Source: a bacterium
GTDB lineage: Bacteria > UBA8248 > JACPRG01 > G963555815
Direction of reading: 5' to 3'
DNA length: 64,000 bases
NCBI GenBank assembly: GCA_965218795.1
Contig: OZ244653.1
Location: 4,634,472-4,698,471 of the forward strand
Part shown: positions 49,057 through 58,911 of the stretch, piece by piece
How positions within the stretch are numbered: the stretch's first letter is position 1
Layout of the letters: each line of letters begins with the position of its first letter
Position numbers and translations under genes: made by a program
The notes under the pieces: model-generated
Databases searched by the model: none
What the model was told of the DNA's origin: nothing
What the model saw: the letters and a program-made list of their open reading frames with translations, nothing else

Positions 49057-49766
49057 GGCCGGTCTCCTCTCAGGCTTGCGAGATGGCGGCGCGCCGCCGC
49101 TCGGCCCGGTCCGCCCTCGCCGGCGATGGCCTCGAGGGCCGCTTCCAGGCCGATGTTCCCCGCAATGCGGTCGTGGGGCGGCGCAGGATCCGTTGCGCAA
49201 CCCCGGCTCTTGCAAGGCGGGGCCCCGCCAGGGACCACGGCCACGGCCGGGATCACCGTGATGCCGAAGAGCCGGAACAGACGCGGATCGATCGTGGCGT
49301 CGGACTTTCGGTCCAGGTACGGGCCGATGCGCTTCACCGTGGCTCGCAACCCGTCCGGGCCGATCCCGCGCAGCACCAGCGGCGCGCCGACCCGCGCGGC
49401 CTCGCGGCTCCACTGCCGCCAGCTCGCCGCGGGCGCCGAGAGGCTCATGAACACGATGACCTCGGGGCCATGGGGACGCGCGGATAGGCCGCGGGCAACG
49501 CGGCCGGCATGGCGCTCGGCCGGGAGCGGGCCGGAGGCCCCGGGGACGTTTTTCCCCGCGCGTTCCAGCGCGCGCTCGATCACCGAGCGCGACCAGGCGT
49601 CCAAGTCGTTCCCGCGGGCTTTCCTTGTCTTCTCCAGGACCCGTTCTGCCATATCGCGCGCCATGTCCCCGGCTGTTTCCTGGGCCCGGGCCGGGCCGCA
49701 CCAGGCCGCCAGCGCGAGCGCGGAGGCGAGAGCCGGGATGGTCTTGCGAATCGGGTTATCGTTCAT
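49053..49766 (-). CDS. trbC: F-type TrbC (pilus assembly, periplasmic)
   Basis: 237 aa, signal peptide. ..VIVFMSLSAPAASWRQWSREAARVGAPLVLRGI.. is the TrbC signature region. Confidence 0.75.
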   Translation of the reverse strand: MNDNPIRKTIPALASALALAAWCGPARAQETAGDMARDMAERVLEKTRKARGNDLDAWSRSVIERALERAGKNVPGASGPLPAERHAGRVARGLSARPHGPEVIVFMSLSAPAASWRQWSREAARVGAPLVLRGIGPDGLRATVKRIGPYLDRKSDATIDPRLFRLFGITVIPAVAVVPGGAPPCKSRGCATDPAPPHDRIAGNIGLEAALEAIAGEGGPGRAAARRHLASLRGDRP

Positions 49767-49776
49767 GTCAGCCTCC

Positions 49777-50778
49777 TCAGAGCAGACAGCAGTTGCGCTT
49801 GCGCCAGAGCAGGTAGCCGAAGCTCTCGCCCGCCACGGGCAGCTCGCGCAGCGCTTCCCAGATCACCGAGGATCGGCCCGTGGGGTTGCAGCCCGTGAGG
49901 GGCGAGGTGGCCGGGACCGGCTGGGTCATCTGCCAGCGGTACTGGGACTTCTTCATGATCGGCATGGGGTAGCGCCCGCAGAGCGCCGCCGTCCCCGAGG
50001 TCCCCCAGGCGAGCAGTAGCCGGTGAAGACGGAACACGAGCCGCCCGGCCGCGAGGAGCGAGGCCTGGACCCCGCCCACGTGGGCGGCCACGTTGCCGGT
50101 CAAGGGATACATTCCCCCCTGGCAGCCCGCGCACCAGAACAGCGGATCCAGCGGCAGGCCCGCCGAGGCGGCGGCGCAATCGGCCGCGCAGGCCGCCTGG
50201 GCCGGCAGGTCCGCGAACAGCGCGGCTTCCGGGTTCAACAGGAAGGACAGCTCGTCGTCGAGCCAGGCGGGGTCGAGCTCGGAGACCCAGGCGATGTCGA
50301 GCCCCCCGCTTTCGAGGCAGCCGATGTCGAGCAGGGCCCCGATCCAGGAGAGAAGGGGATAGGCGTAGTCATGGACGTGCCACACGGAGCCCGAGGCGCC
50401 GTCGCCACCCGAGGATCCGGTGCGTCCGCGCCCTGCTGGCAGGCCCGGGTCTATGGTCATGCCCCCGAGGTTGGGGAAGCACCAGGGCGCGCGGCTGACG
50501 TCGATCAGCCGCGCCGGCTCCCACAAGCCCAGGGAGAGCCCGATCCGGGGGATCGGCTTGCCGCAGAGGCAGATCGGCGATCCCGGATTGGGCGTGTCCG
50601 GCGCGCCCGCAGCGCCGCCCATGCGGATCGGCCCGATCGAGATCGGCAAAAGGCACTCCCAGCACACGTCCGTGACGGGGTTCACGAAACGCCCGGTGCA
50701 GGACTGGGCGGATGCGGTCCCCGTGGACAGGACTCCGGCGAGGACCAGCGCCGCGCAGACGGTCTCCAGGGATCTCAT
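49777..50778 (-). CDS. traU: F-type TraU
   Basis: 333 aa. Signal peptide, then CTGRFVNPVTDVCWECLLPI, the hallmark TraU N-terminal motif. Confidence 0.85.
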   Translation of the reverse strand: MRSLETVCAALVLAGVLSTGTASAQSCTGRFVNPVTDVCWECLLPISIGPIRMGGAAGAPDTPNPGSPICLCGKPIPRIGLSLGLWEPARLIDVSRAPWCFPNLGGMTIDPGLPAGRGRTGSSGGDGASGSVWHVHDYAYPLLSWIGALLDIGCLESGGLDIAWVSELDPAWLDDELSFLLNPEAALFADLPAQAACAADCAAASAGLPLDPLFWCAGCQGGMYPLTGNVAAHVGGVQASLLAAGRLVFRLHRLLLAWGTSGTAALCGRYPMPIMKKSQYRWQMTQPVPATSPLTGCNPTGRSSVIWEALRELPVAGESFGYLLWRKRNCCLL

Positions 50779-51428
50779 GGATGGTCTCCGGCGGTCGCGG
50801 GATTGGCTTCGTCCCTGAGCGGCACTTCCGTGATCCGGAGCATGGATCCCACGACCTCGACCAGGGACGGGGTGGCGCGGAGCCCGAACCGTTTCGAGAG
50901 CCGGCCGTTCTGATCGAAGAAAAAGGGCCGTCCGTGGGCGCGCATCAGGTCCAGCGGCCGGCCCGCCAGGAGCACGATCCGCGCGGGCCGTTCGTGGCCG
51001 AGGGCCCAGGCCACCTCAACCGGCCGCGCGCCGTCGATGAACAGCAGGTCCCGGGTCAGCGGGTACACCTCGAGGGGGTTGATCCGAGCGCCCCGGGCCG
51101 CAATCAGGGTTCCGTCGTGCGCGAGGATGTCTTGCTCGACCGTGATGGAAGGATCGTGCAGCCGGGTGCGAGGGACGCGCGCGGGCCCGATGCCCTCGAC
51201 GCGTCCGGGCGCCTCGATGCGCTCCCGGGCCCGGTCCAGGGCCTCGCGGCCCATGCGGGCCAGCTCGCCGGAGGCCTCCAGCGCTCCAAGCCGGGCCTCG
51301 ATCCGGGCGAGCAGGTCGGGCTCGGCGATCGGCCACACCGCGCCGCGCACGCCGAGGTCCTTTGCAGGAGCGGGCCGCGCCACAAGCATCAGCGCGCAGC
51401 CAAACGCGACCAGTAGGAAGCGGGTCAT
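50775..51428 (-). CDS. traW: F-type TraW
   Basis: 217 aa. Signal peptide, ..GAVWPIAEPDLLARIE.. as in F TraW. Confidence 0.8.
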   Translation of the reverse strand: MTRFLLVAFGCALMLVARPAPAKDLGVRGAVWPIAEPDLLARIEARLGALEASGELARMGREALDRARERIEAPGRVEGIGPARVPRTRLHDPSITVEQDILAHDGTLIAARGARINPLEVYPLTRDLLFIDGARPVEVAWALGHERPARIVLLAGRPLDLMRAHGRPFFFDQNGRLSKRFGLRATPSLVEVVGSMLRITEVPLRDEANPATAGDHP

Positions 51429-51958
51429 GGCCGTGCCTCCTTAGGTCTTGCGAGCGGTCCCTTGAGCCCGAGCCAGGGAATGTCGGGCAGCGCCCAGGCC
51501 CGGCCCCGGATGCGTTCCCGCGGGACCAGCCCGATTTCCCGATAGCGGCTGTCGTGGCTGTCTATGTGATCGGCGTGGACGTAGTAGCGGCCCGGCGGGA
51601 TCACGCCCGGTTGGGCCGCGTCCAGGACTCGGCCGTCCATTGCGTGGGTCTTGGCGATCCCGAGGACCGCGCCGTTCACCGAGACCCGGCACTCCCTGTC
51701 CACCTCCACCCGGTCTCCGGGCAAGCCGCGCACGGTCTTGAGGTAGGGGACCGTCGAGCCCACCGCCTCGGGCGGATCGAACAGGACCGCGTCGCCCCGT
51801 TCTGGCGCGCCGAGGAGGGGCAGCACGAGATACCCCCAGGCCCCGTCGGACCAGCTGGCATTCACGTAGACGCGAGAGGCCGCAACGAGCCAAAGTGTGG
51901 CCAGCATGGCCGCCCAGAGCAGGAACTTGCGCCCCAATGCGTTCGCGTCCTTCCTCAT
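51425..51958 (-). CDS. S26-family conjugative signal peptidase (TrhF/TraF-type, pilin-processing)
   Basis: Real start MRKDANALGRKFLLWAAML at about 51958. Signal-peptidase I-like core (..VPYLKTVRGLPGDRVEV...VSVNG...). Its position between traC and traW matches the SXT/R27 trhF slot. Confidence 0.8.
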   Translation of the reverse strand: MRKDANALGRKFLLWAAMLATLWLVAASRVYVNASWSDGAWGYLVLPLLGAPERGDAVLFDPPEAVGSTVPYLKTVRGLPGDRVEVDRECRVSVNGAVLGIAKTHAMDGRVLDAAQPGVIPPGRYYVHADHIDSHDSRYREIGLVPRERIRGRAWALPDIPWLGLKGPLARPKEARP

Positions 51959-52335
51959 GGTTCTTCCTCCGGATTCGTTGTCGGAAGGGTTCGCGGCGGG
52001 GCCGCCTGGATCGCCGCCTTTATCTCGGCGGTGAGGTCCGGCGCGCCGGCCGCGACCGCCCTTGCCGGCAGCAGCACCGCGCGGTGGCGCGCCGCCGTCC
52101 GGACGAGCGCGGCTTCCAGCCGATACGCCCAGCCGCGTACGGCTTTCACGGCCTCCTCTTGGTCGCCGTGCACCCGGGCGGCCTTTGCCATGTAGTCCGC
52201 CGTGAGCTCGGCCAGCCGCACGCTCGCGATGCGCGGGACCCTCTCCAGGGCCATGCGCGCCGTGACGGCCGCGACCGCCGCGGCCACGCCCGCGGACAGC
52301 AGAAGCGCGGCGGTCAACGTTGTGGGCCCGCTCAT
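51955..52335 (-). CDS. trbI: F-type TrbI-like small membrane protein
   Basis: 126 aa. N-terminal TM, then C-terminal ..AVLLPARAVAAGAPDLTAEIKAAIQAA.. aligning with F TrbI (..AVILVSPAVVQGAPDITREIQQDIA..). Confidence 0.65.
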   Translation of the reverse strand: MSGPTTLTAALLLSAGVAAAVAAVTARMALERVPRIASVRLAELTADYMAKAARVHGDQEEAVKAVRGWAYRLEAALVRTAARHRAVLLPARAVAAGAPDLTAEIKAAIQAAPPRTLPTTNPEEEP

Positions 52336-53084
52336 GACCCAGTCCGTTCCGGCGCCGTCTCTTCGTGCGTGACATGCGATTCCTCCGGTGGGGCTTGGTT
52401 GTTCTTTTTGGAGGACTCCTCCGGGATGGGTGCGATGGCGTCCCGTCCCGCACCCTTCGACCCCTTCAGGGCCCGCAAGCGTTCCAGCCAGAGCCTGGCC
52501 GCCCGGCCGGGCTCCACGGTTCGGATGCGGCGCTTGAGGGGCGGGAAGGCGACCGCGGAAGCCGCTCCGTCCCGCGCTCCCGGCAGGTCCCGGTCCTCCG
52601 CGGCCTCGGCCATGCGGGCCACGAAACGCAGCAGTTCCGCCTGCTCATGGGAGGGTTCCGCATCGAGCCCGGCCGACTCGCGCACGGCCCGGTCGACGAT
52701 CCCGTTGAGCCGCTTCAGCCGCTCCGCCCCGCGCTGGGAGGAGGCGGCCTCGGGCCCCAGCCACGCAACGCTCGCGTCAACGAGAAGCGCATGGAGCGCC
52801 GCCTCCCGGCGGTCCCCGGATCCTTCAAAGGCCTCGATCTCCTCGCTCATCAGCACCCCGTGGGCCGCCAGCGAGTGGAACCGCCCGAGCCGGCCGCCCA
52901 GGCGGCAGGTGTTGGCCAGCACGTGAGCCAGGGCCTCGAAGTCCACGGCGTCTGGCGTCAGCCCCTCGGGATCCCCCGGCCAGGCAAGGGGCCGGTCCCC
53001 GGGTCCGGGCTCCTCCGCCCGGGCCGCGGTCCGTTTGGGGGATGTGGCGCTCAATGGGGCCCGCCTGTTCCTGTCCTTGCTCAT
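52332..53084 (-). CDS. Hypothetical protein in the traC-trhF interval
   Basis: About 250 aa (probable start MSKDRNRRAPL). No recognisable motif. Overlapping stops and starts with its neighbours suggest it is in the same operon. Confidence 0.4.
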   Translation of the reverse strand: MSKDRNRRAPLSATSPKRTAARAEEPGPGDRPLAWPGDPEGLTPDAVDFEALAHVLANTCRLGGRLGRFHSLAAHGVLMSEEIEAFEGSGDRREAALHALLVDASVAWLGPEAASSQRGAERLKRLNGIVDRAVRESAGLDAEPSHEQAELLRFVARMAEAAEDRDLPGARDGAASAVAFPPLKRRIRTVEPGRAARLWLERLRALKGSKGAGRDAIAPIPEESSKKNNQAPPEESHVTHEETAPERTGS

Positions 53085-53121
53085 GTGTGTCTCCTTCTCG
53101 TTCTTGAGGTATGAAGAACCG

Positions 53122-55430
53122 TCACGGCGCATCGTTCCCGGGGCCCGCTGCCTCCCCGGGCAGGCCGCTCTCCGCGATGCGGTCGATAGCCTGCTCGGTG
53201 GTGAGGCCTTCGTCCTTCAGTTTTTCGACCGCGGCGAAGGCGGGTCCGCGCGAGGAGTAGAGGGCTACCGACCATGGGTCCAGGGCGAGGCGCGCCACGC
53301 GCCAGCCGTCCGGGCCGTGCAGCACCAGCTCGGCATGGCGCCCGTCCACGGTGGCCAGGCTCTTGAGGGCCCGCTCCATGCCCGGATCGCAGTGGATGCG
53401 CTTTTCCTGCTTGAGGAGCTCGACCGACTCGTCCTTCTGGGCCAGGAAGATCGTCCAGTCCGCGTTGTCCCAGGCGGCCCGGGCCGCGGGGTTGGCGTAG
53501 TAGTCGTTGACGCTCTGGGTGCCGGTGACCAGCGCGCCCCGGTACTTGCGCGCCCGCCTGGCCGCGCCCTCGAGGAAGGCCCGGCTGTCCTCGCCCGACA
53601 GAAGGTCCCAGGCCTCGTCGATGACGATGGCCTTCGGTCGCGTGCGGGGGCCGTGATACATGCGCTGGGTGGCGAGGAAGACCACCAGCATGAGCACCAC
53701 GCCCTGGACGTCGCCCCGGCCCTTGAGCTCGGCGAGCTCGAACACGGTGAGCGCGGCGTCCAGGGCCGGGGTCTCCGATCCCTCGAAGAGCCGCCCGAGG
53801 GCGCCGCCCGCGGCCGCCACGGTCCGAGGGCGAGAGCCATGTCCGATGCCCGCCGGTCGCCCGCTTCCTCCAGCCGGCGCTGCACGGTCCCGAGATCGGC
53901 GCCGTTGCCGGCCTCCTCCCAGGCGCGGGCGATGGCCTCGTCGATCAGCGCCGCCTCGATGTCGTCGATGCGCCCGCGCCTTCGGCACATCCGCCCGATC
54001 ACGGCGGCCAGCATGGAAAAGCATTCCTCGCGGTAGTCCCCGTCCCGGGCCGCCACGTCCGCGTCGATCATGGCGAAGGGGTTGAGTCTCGCCGGGTCCT
54101 TGCCGAAGGCGATGAAGGCGCCGCCGAGGGCTTCGGCCGTGTGCTGGAAGGAACGCCCGTCATCGATCACCACGGCCTCGCCGCCCGAGCCCGCGATCCC
54201 CGAGACCAGCTCCTGCATCAGGACCGACTTGCCCGACCCGGACTTGCCGGTCACGGCCACGTTGTAGTTGCCGGCCTCGTTGGCGAAGGGGGACCAGCAC
54301 GCGGGCTGGCCCCGCCTTCCGATCAGGAGCAGCGCCGGCGGCGCGTCCGGCGACGCCCCCTGGCCGCGCCACTCACCGTGCACCGGTGCGAGATTGACGG
54401 CCGAGGAGGTGAGCAGGGTCTTCATCCGGCCCATGCGGGCGAGATCGGCGTCGAGCCCGCCGGCCGGGACCATGGGCAAACAGGCGAGCCAGGCCGGCAG
54501 GTGGGCGTAACGCTCGGCGCCCAGGCGCCAGCCCTGGCCGTGATAGATGGCGCGCACCGCCTGCTCGGCCTCGTCGATGGCGTCCAGGGGCGCGTAGACC
54601 GCGATCATGTAGCAGGCCTTGACCAGCCGCTCGCCGTCCTTGAGCCGCTCGGTGACGAAGCGCCAGTCCTGGGCCTTCTCGGGCAGGCCCGGCAGGTAGC
54701 GCGCGATCCCCGTGCCCGCCTGCTGCGTGGCCCGGGCCGAGAGCACGCGCACCGCCACGTCCGTCCCGTCCGGGTGGTGGAAGACCAGGCCCGTGGGCGC
54801 GACGGTCAGGGCCCGGCCCGGGGCCGCGCACTGAAGATGAATGGGGTCCCTGGGCGACCAGCGCCTCCGCCCCGGCCGAGGCGAGGGTGCCTTCCAAGGC
54901 CCGTCGGAACCCCCCGAGGGCGGTCTCGGCCGCCGGTCCGGCCGGGCCCGCCATACAGGCCGCCAGGAACACCCGGCAGTCGTTCAGCGTAAACGGCGGT
55001 CCGCCCGCATGAAGCGGGCGCCATCCGGCATGGGCGAACAGGGTCCCGCGCCGTTTTGCCATCCCCGCCTGCACGCCGCCCGTCAGGCGCCGGGATTCGG
55101 CCCAGCTCTCGATCGCCGCCCCGTAGCGTGGGCTCGTCCAATGGATGATCTGCACCACCGCGCGCTCGGGCGCGGCGTCGGCGAGGGTGCCGGCCAGTGC
55201 GCCCAGCGTCTCCTCGTCGATCCCCACGAAGGGCGGCAGCTCCAGCAGGAAGCCGCAGCTCGCGGCGTTGATAAAGAGCTCGCTCCCCTCGTCCCAGGCC
55301 CGCCAGGGCAGGAGGCCGGCGAGGGGCGCCGGCAGGGCCGGAAGGGTCCAGGGCTGAAGCGCGTCCGGTCCCCTGAGCAGGTCCTTGAGGCGCTGGATCA
55401 CGGCAGCCTCCAGTGCGCCGGCTCCAGCAC
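53122..55430 (-). pseudogene. traC: F-type TraC (VirB4-family ATPase), coding sequence spread over three reading frames
   Basis: N-terminal part ..LEAAVIQRLKDLL...LFINAASCGFLLELPPFVGIDEETLGALAGTL.. is in the 54373-55608 frame. Walker A region NVAVTGKSGSGKSVLMQELV is in the 53265-54758 frame. C-terminal ..IVIDEAWDLL...GALVTGTQSVNDY...WSVALYSSRGPAF.. is in the 53122-54024 frame. At least two frame breaks, and the start is uncertain. Confidence 0.75.
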
Positions 55431-55527
55431 CGTGCGAACCCAGTGGGCCTCGCGGTTGGGAACGCCGACCGCCAAGCGCCTCGCGCCGATGGCTCCAGCA
55501 CCGTGCGAACCCAGTGGGCCTCGCGGT
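55420..55527. repeat. 38-bp direct repeat (71-bp period) at the traV 3' / traC 5' junction
   Basis: ggctccagcaccgtgcgaacccagtgggcctcgcggt occurs at 55420-55456 and 55491-55527. It duplicates the codons for ..REAHWVRTVLEP.. of TraV. Confidence 0.7.
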
Positions 55528-56059
55528 AGACCCCGTCGGCGTCCACGAAGGGCGCGATCCAGATCCGCGCGATGCTCTCCTTCGTACGCAGGCGGTCATT
55601 GATCGCATCCTGGGTTCCTTCGCCCGGCGGAGCCGGCTTTGGTTCGGCGGGGGCCGCGGGGGTGGGATGTCCCGCGTCCGTGGACTCCTCTGTGGCGGTG
55701 TCGCGATCCCCTACGGTCCGGAACCACTTCGCGAGCCAGGCCAGGGGATCGCAGCCTCCGGCGCAGGGGGTGTCGTCACTCGGCTTTGTCGCCGGGGCGC
55801 CGGACCCTTGGGCATCGTCGGTCTTTGCCTGGTAGAGCGGCGTCCGGGTGGCGAGCCCTTGCGCCTTGCCGGGGGCCGCGACCGCCGGATCGGTCTCCGC
55901 GACGCTCGTGCAGGCCGCGCCCTGGGCCAGGGGGCACTGCCAGGAGTCGCCCACGTGGGTCGCCGCGCAGCCGCCCAGGACCAGGGCCGCCGCAAAGATC
56001 GCGGGGACCAACGTCCAGCCCTGTCCGGTTCGTGGATGAATCGTCGATTGCGTTCTCAT
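55491..56059 (-). CDS. traV: F-type TraV lipoprotein
   Basis: Signal peptide with lipobox (ALVLGGC), CPLAQGAACTS motif, C-terminal ..RIWIAPFVDADGVYREAHWVRTVLEPS. The 3' end coincides with a 38-bp direct repeat, so the stop position is uncertain. Confidence 0.75.
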
Positions 56060-57138
56060 TTGCCTCCTCTCTTCTTGTCCTTGCGCCCGTCGAGCCAGGC
56101 GCCCTCGATGAACACCACGGTCACCCGCGTGCCCGTCTGGAGCTGGATCACCGGCTGGTACTGCTCGGCCCGGCGGATCAGGTAGTCGGCGACCCTGCGG
56201 CCGGCCGAGCCCGCGCCGGCGCCGATCCCGGCTTGGCCGAGCGCGGCTAGGCTCGATGCGTTCACGGCTCCGTCCGAGCCGGTTGTCCTGGCCGGGGCCT
56301 GAAGCAGGTTGGCGGCCGTTTCGCCCACGCCCGAGATGAGGCCCGCGAGGAACGCCTTCTCGACCAGGGCCCCCTCGCGGCTCACCACCGGACCCCGGAT
56401 GCCCACCTTGCCGCTCCCGGCCACGAAGCCCGCGACCTGCGTCTCGGTCACGGTGCCCCGGGAAGGCCCGGCGCCGGTCAGCGTGGATCCCGCCACGTCC
56501 GCCTCGAGCGCTTCGCCGCCCTCGGCCGCGCTCCGGGCGGGGCCGGTCAGCCGCAGCAGCACCGGGCGCGGCTCGCCCTGGGAGGCGACGCCCTTACCCG
56601 CCGGATCCGCATCGCCTTCGAACACCTGGATCATCGGTACGGCCGGTGCGGCATCCGAGGTCGCGGGGGCTCTCTTGCCGGGAGCGGGGTGGCTTGAACC
56701 CGCACGGGTAAAATCATCCGTGCCCGCCGGACCCGGCGCGGCCGCCCGGGCTTCGAGCCGGCCGCGCAGTTCCTCGATGGCCGCCTCCTGTTGGTCGATC
56801 ACCGCCCGGCCGTCCTCGGCGCCGCGCGCGAGGCGCTCTCTGAGCTTGACGTTCTCCTGTTCGGCCCGCCGGCCCCGCGTCTCCATGTCCCGGAGCCGCG
56901 TCTCCAGTTCGCCGATCCGCGCCTCCGAGCGGCGCACCCAGCTCACCTCCGCCGTATCCGGTCCGGCCAGCTTCGCCTCGATCCCGGTCGGCGGCGGCCA
57001 GCCTCCGCCTCCGCCCGCCGAGATCCACACCGCGAACACGATCAGCACTGCCGCGGCCACGCCCGAGAACAGCAGCACCTGCCGCTGGCGGGTGCGCCGG
57101 GCCTCCGGATCCATGGGGGTCTTGTCCGCGCCGCTCAT
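56056..57138 (-). CDS. traB: F-type TraB (VirB10-like)
   Basis: 360 aa. N-terminal TM, coiled coil, C-terminal ..VADYLIRRAEQYQPVIQLQTGTRVTVVF.. typical of TraB. Confidence 0.85.
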   Translation of the reverse strand: MSGADKTPMDPEARRTRQRQVLLFSGVAAAVLIVFAVWISAGGGGGWPPPTGIEAKLAGPDTAEVSWVRRSEARIGELETRLRDMETRGRRAEQENVKLRERLARGAEDGRAVIDQQEAAIEELRGRLEARAAAPGPAGTDDFTRAGSSHPAPGKRAPATSDAAPAVPMIQVFEGDADPAGKGVASQGEPRPVLLRLTGPARSAAEGGEALEADVAGSTLTGAGPSRGTVTETQVAGFVAGSGKVGIRGPVVSREGALVEKAFLAGLISGVGETAANLLQAPARTTGSDGAVNASSLAALGQAGIGAGAGSAGRRVADYLIRRAEQYQPVIQLQTGTRVTVVFIEGAWLDGRKDKKRGGK

Positions 57139-57929
57139 GGCGCCTCCTCCTCCTCCCCCGCCGGAACGGTCCGGAAGGCGTCATGCACGGCCACGGCGAG
57201 CCGTCCGCCCGAGGGGCCGGTCCCCGGCGCCGCCAGCCAGATCGCGGCCGCGCCCGGCGCGAGACGGCCCGCCAGGGCCTCGGCGCCGGTTCCCGGGCCG
57301 GGGCCCGCTTCCAGCACGCGCGCAATGAACCGCGGCCCCCGCCAGACCTCGATGACTGAAAGACCTTCCTTGTAGAATGTTCCTGAAGGCGTCTCGATCG
57401 TGTAGCCCGGAAGGGTCTCACGCCGCGCCACTGCGCGGACGAGCGCCACCAGCGTGCCCACGCGCCGATGGCCCGGCCTTTGGACGTCCGGTTCGGACAT
57501 CGCGGCCGCATTGCGGATCAGGATCTGGGCCGAGCCGCGTTCGGCCACGGTCAACGCCAGCCGGTAGGTGAAGCCCGCGGCCGTCCCGATGAAGAGCGTC
57601 ACCGGCTCCCGGGGAACGCCGTTGAGGCCCGCGGGCCGCAGGTAGATGTCGCCACGCGCCGCGTCGTGCTCGACCTGGAAACCGTCCGGCCCCCGGATCA
57701 CCCGGGCGATCCGATCGCCCGCCAGCGCGATGCGGCTCACCGCCCGGTCCGAGACCTCCGCTTCCAGCTCCGCGTGGTCCACGGCCTCCAGGATCTGCAT
57801 GGCCGAGGCCGGCGTGCAGTAAAAGAACGCTCCCAAAAGCAACACCGGAATGAAAAAATACGTGAAGCCCGCCCCGGCACGCGCCGGGGCCCGGCCTTTT
57901 GCACCCCTGGTTCTCTTCCCTTGCTTCAT
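57135..57929 (-). CDS. traK: F-type TraK (VirB9/secretin-like)
   Basis: Real start MKQGKRTRGAKG.. at about 57929. Signal/TM then a beta-rich domain. Sits between traE and traB. Confidence 0.8.
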   Translation of the reverse strand: MKQGKRTRGAKGRAPARAGAGFTYFFIPVLLLGAFFYCTPASAMQILEAVDHAELEAEVSDRAVSRIALAGDRIARVIRGPDGFQVEHDAARGDIYLRPAGLNGVPREPVTLFIGTAAGFTYRLALTVAERGSAQILIRNAAAMSEPDVQRPGHRRVGTLVALVRAVARRETLPGYTIETPSGTFYKEGLSVIEVWRGPRFIARVLEAGPGPGTGAEALAGRLAPGAAAIWLAAPGTGPSGGRLAVAVHDAFRTVPAGEEEEAP

Positions 57930-57931
57930 GC

Positions 57932-58501
57932 TCAGTCCTCCAGCTCTTCGAAACGCACCAGGCCGATCCGCCCCGCGTCCACGCGGAAGGCCAGCCGGTA
58001 GCGCTTGCGCTCGCGCGAGACCGGCTCGCGCCCGAGCCAGGTCGCGAGCTCTCCGGTCACCAGGACCGTCAACGCCTCCGGCTTTGCCTCGATGCGCTCG
58101 GGATAGAAAGCGGTCGCCAGGTCCCGCCGCGCCATGCGCCCGGCCTCGGCCGCGACCCAGGCCCCGATCGCGCCCCAGGCCCCGATCGCGCCCCGGGCCG
58201 AGGCGTGGCTCAGCCGCGTTGCCGCCTCCCGCACGTGCTCCGCGTTCTCCGGCGTCAGCGTCAGCAGCGTCACCGCCACGGTCCGTCCCATGTCTTCCAG
58301 ATAGCGAAGCCCGGCCCGGCTGCTCCCGACCTCCCAGGCAGGCCCCGTGACCGCCGGGATCAGCACCGCCATGCGATCCACCGAGGCCAGGCCGACGCTC
58401 AGGCCCAGATTGGCCAGGAGCGAGAGGCCCAGGAGCCCGGCCAGGGCCGCACGCCCGTCGCGCACCCGCCGCCGCTCCGCTTCCATGATGTCCCGTCTCA
58501 T
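57932..58501 (-). CDS. traE: F-type TraE
   Basis: Real start MRRDIMEAERRRV.. at about 58501. N-terminal TM LAGLLGLSLLANLGLSVGLA. Contains an in-frame 6-aa tandem duplication (GAIGAWGAIGAW). Confidence 0.8.
   Translation of the reverse strand: MRRDIMEAERRRVRDGRAALAGLLGLSLLANLGLSVGLASVDRMAVLIPAVTGPAWEVGSSRAGLRYLEDMGRTVAVTLLTLTPENAEHVREAATRLSHASARGAIGAWGAIGAWVAAEAGRMARRDLATAFYPERIEAKPEALTVLVTGELATWLGREPVSRERKRYRLAFRVDAGRIGLVRFEELED
58157..58192. repeat. Perfect 18-bp tandem duplication inside traE (in-frame, GAIGAW x2)
   Basis: ccaggccccgatcgcgcc x2 on the + strand. Confidence 0.8.
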
Positions 58502-58911
58502 CCAACTCTCCTCATCCGATGAACCGGCGCACGTGGCTCGGAGGCGCGCCCTTGAGGCCCAGGGTGAAGCCGGGCAGGAACCAGTAGAGCGCGCATATCG
58601 CCACATCCGCGCCGCCGCCCCGCTTGGCCCGGCGCAGCAAGGCCCAGGCCCCGAGCCCGGCCACCAGCCCGGTCACGAAGGCGTTGGCGGCCAGCCCCAG
58701 GACCGCGGGCCCCAGGAGCGCCGCCGCCTCGTCCAGGGTCCAGAACAGCCAGCGCGGCCGCGAGCTGCCCGCCCGTGCCCGAGACGATGTCGGTCACCGT
58801 GCCGAGCGGACTCGAGAAGGTCGTGTCCGTCGAGGCCCAGGCCGCCTCCAGGCTACCCAGCGTCAACACGAGCGCCGGAAGCATCCGTTTCGTCGGAAAA
58901 AGCGTTCTCAT
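58498..58911 (-). pseudogene. traL: F-type TraL region; TraL core lacks a start and is fused or overlapped with an upstream signal-peptide ORF in another frame
   Basis: One minus frame gives ..LDEAAALLGPAVLGLAANAFVTGLVAGLGAWALLRRAKRGGGADVAICALYWFLPGFTLGLKGAPPSHVRRFIG*. This aligns with F TraL but has no start codon after the upstream stop. The neighbouring frame begins MRTLFPTKRMLPALVLTLGSLEAAWA.. and degenerates after about 57 aa. Confidence 0.55.

Noticed and set aside
58498-58911. Calling the signal-peptide ORF MRTLFPTKRMLPALVLTLGSLEAAWA... an F-type pilin (traA)
   Set aside because: It lacks the two long hydrophobic segments of F-pilin and becomes low-complexity after ~57 aa, where the TraL frame takes over. 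There is insufficient evidence, so it is noted only as an unresolved overlap or frameshift.
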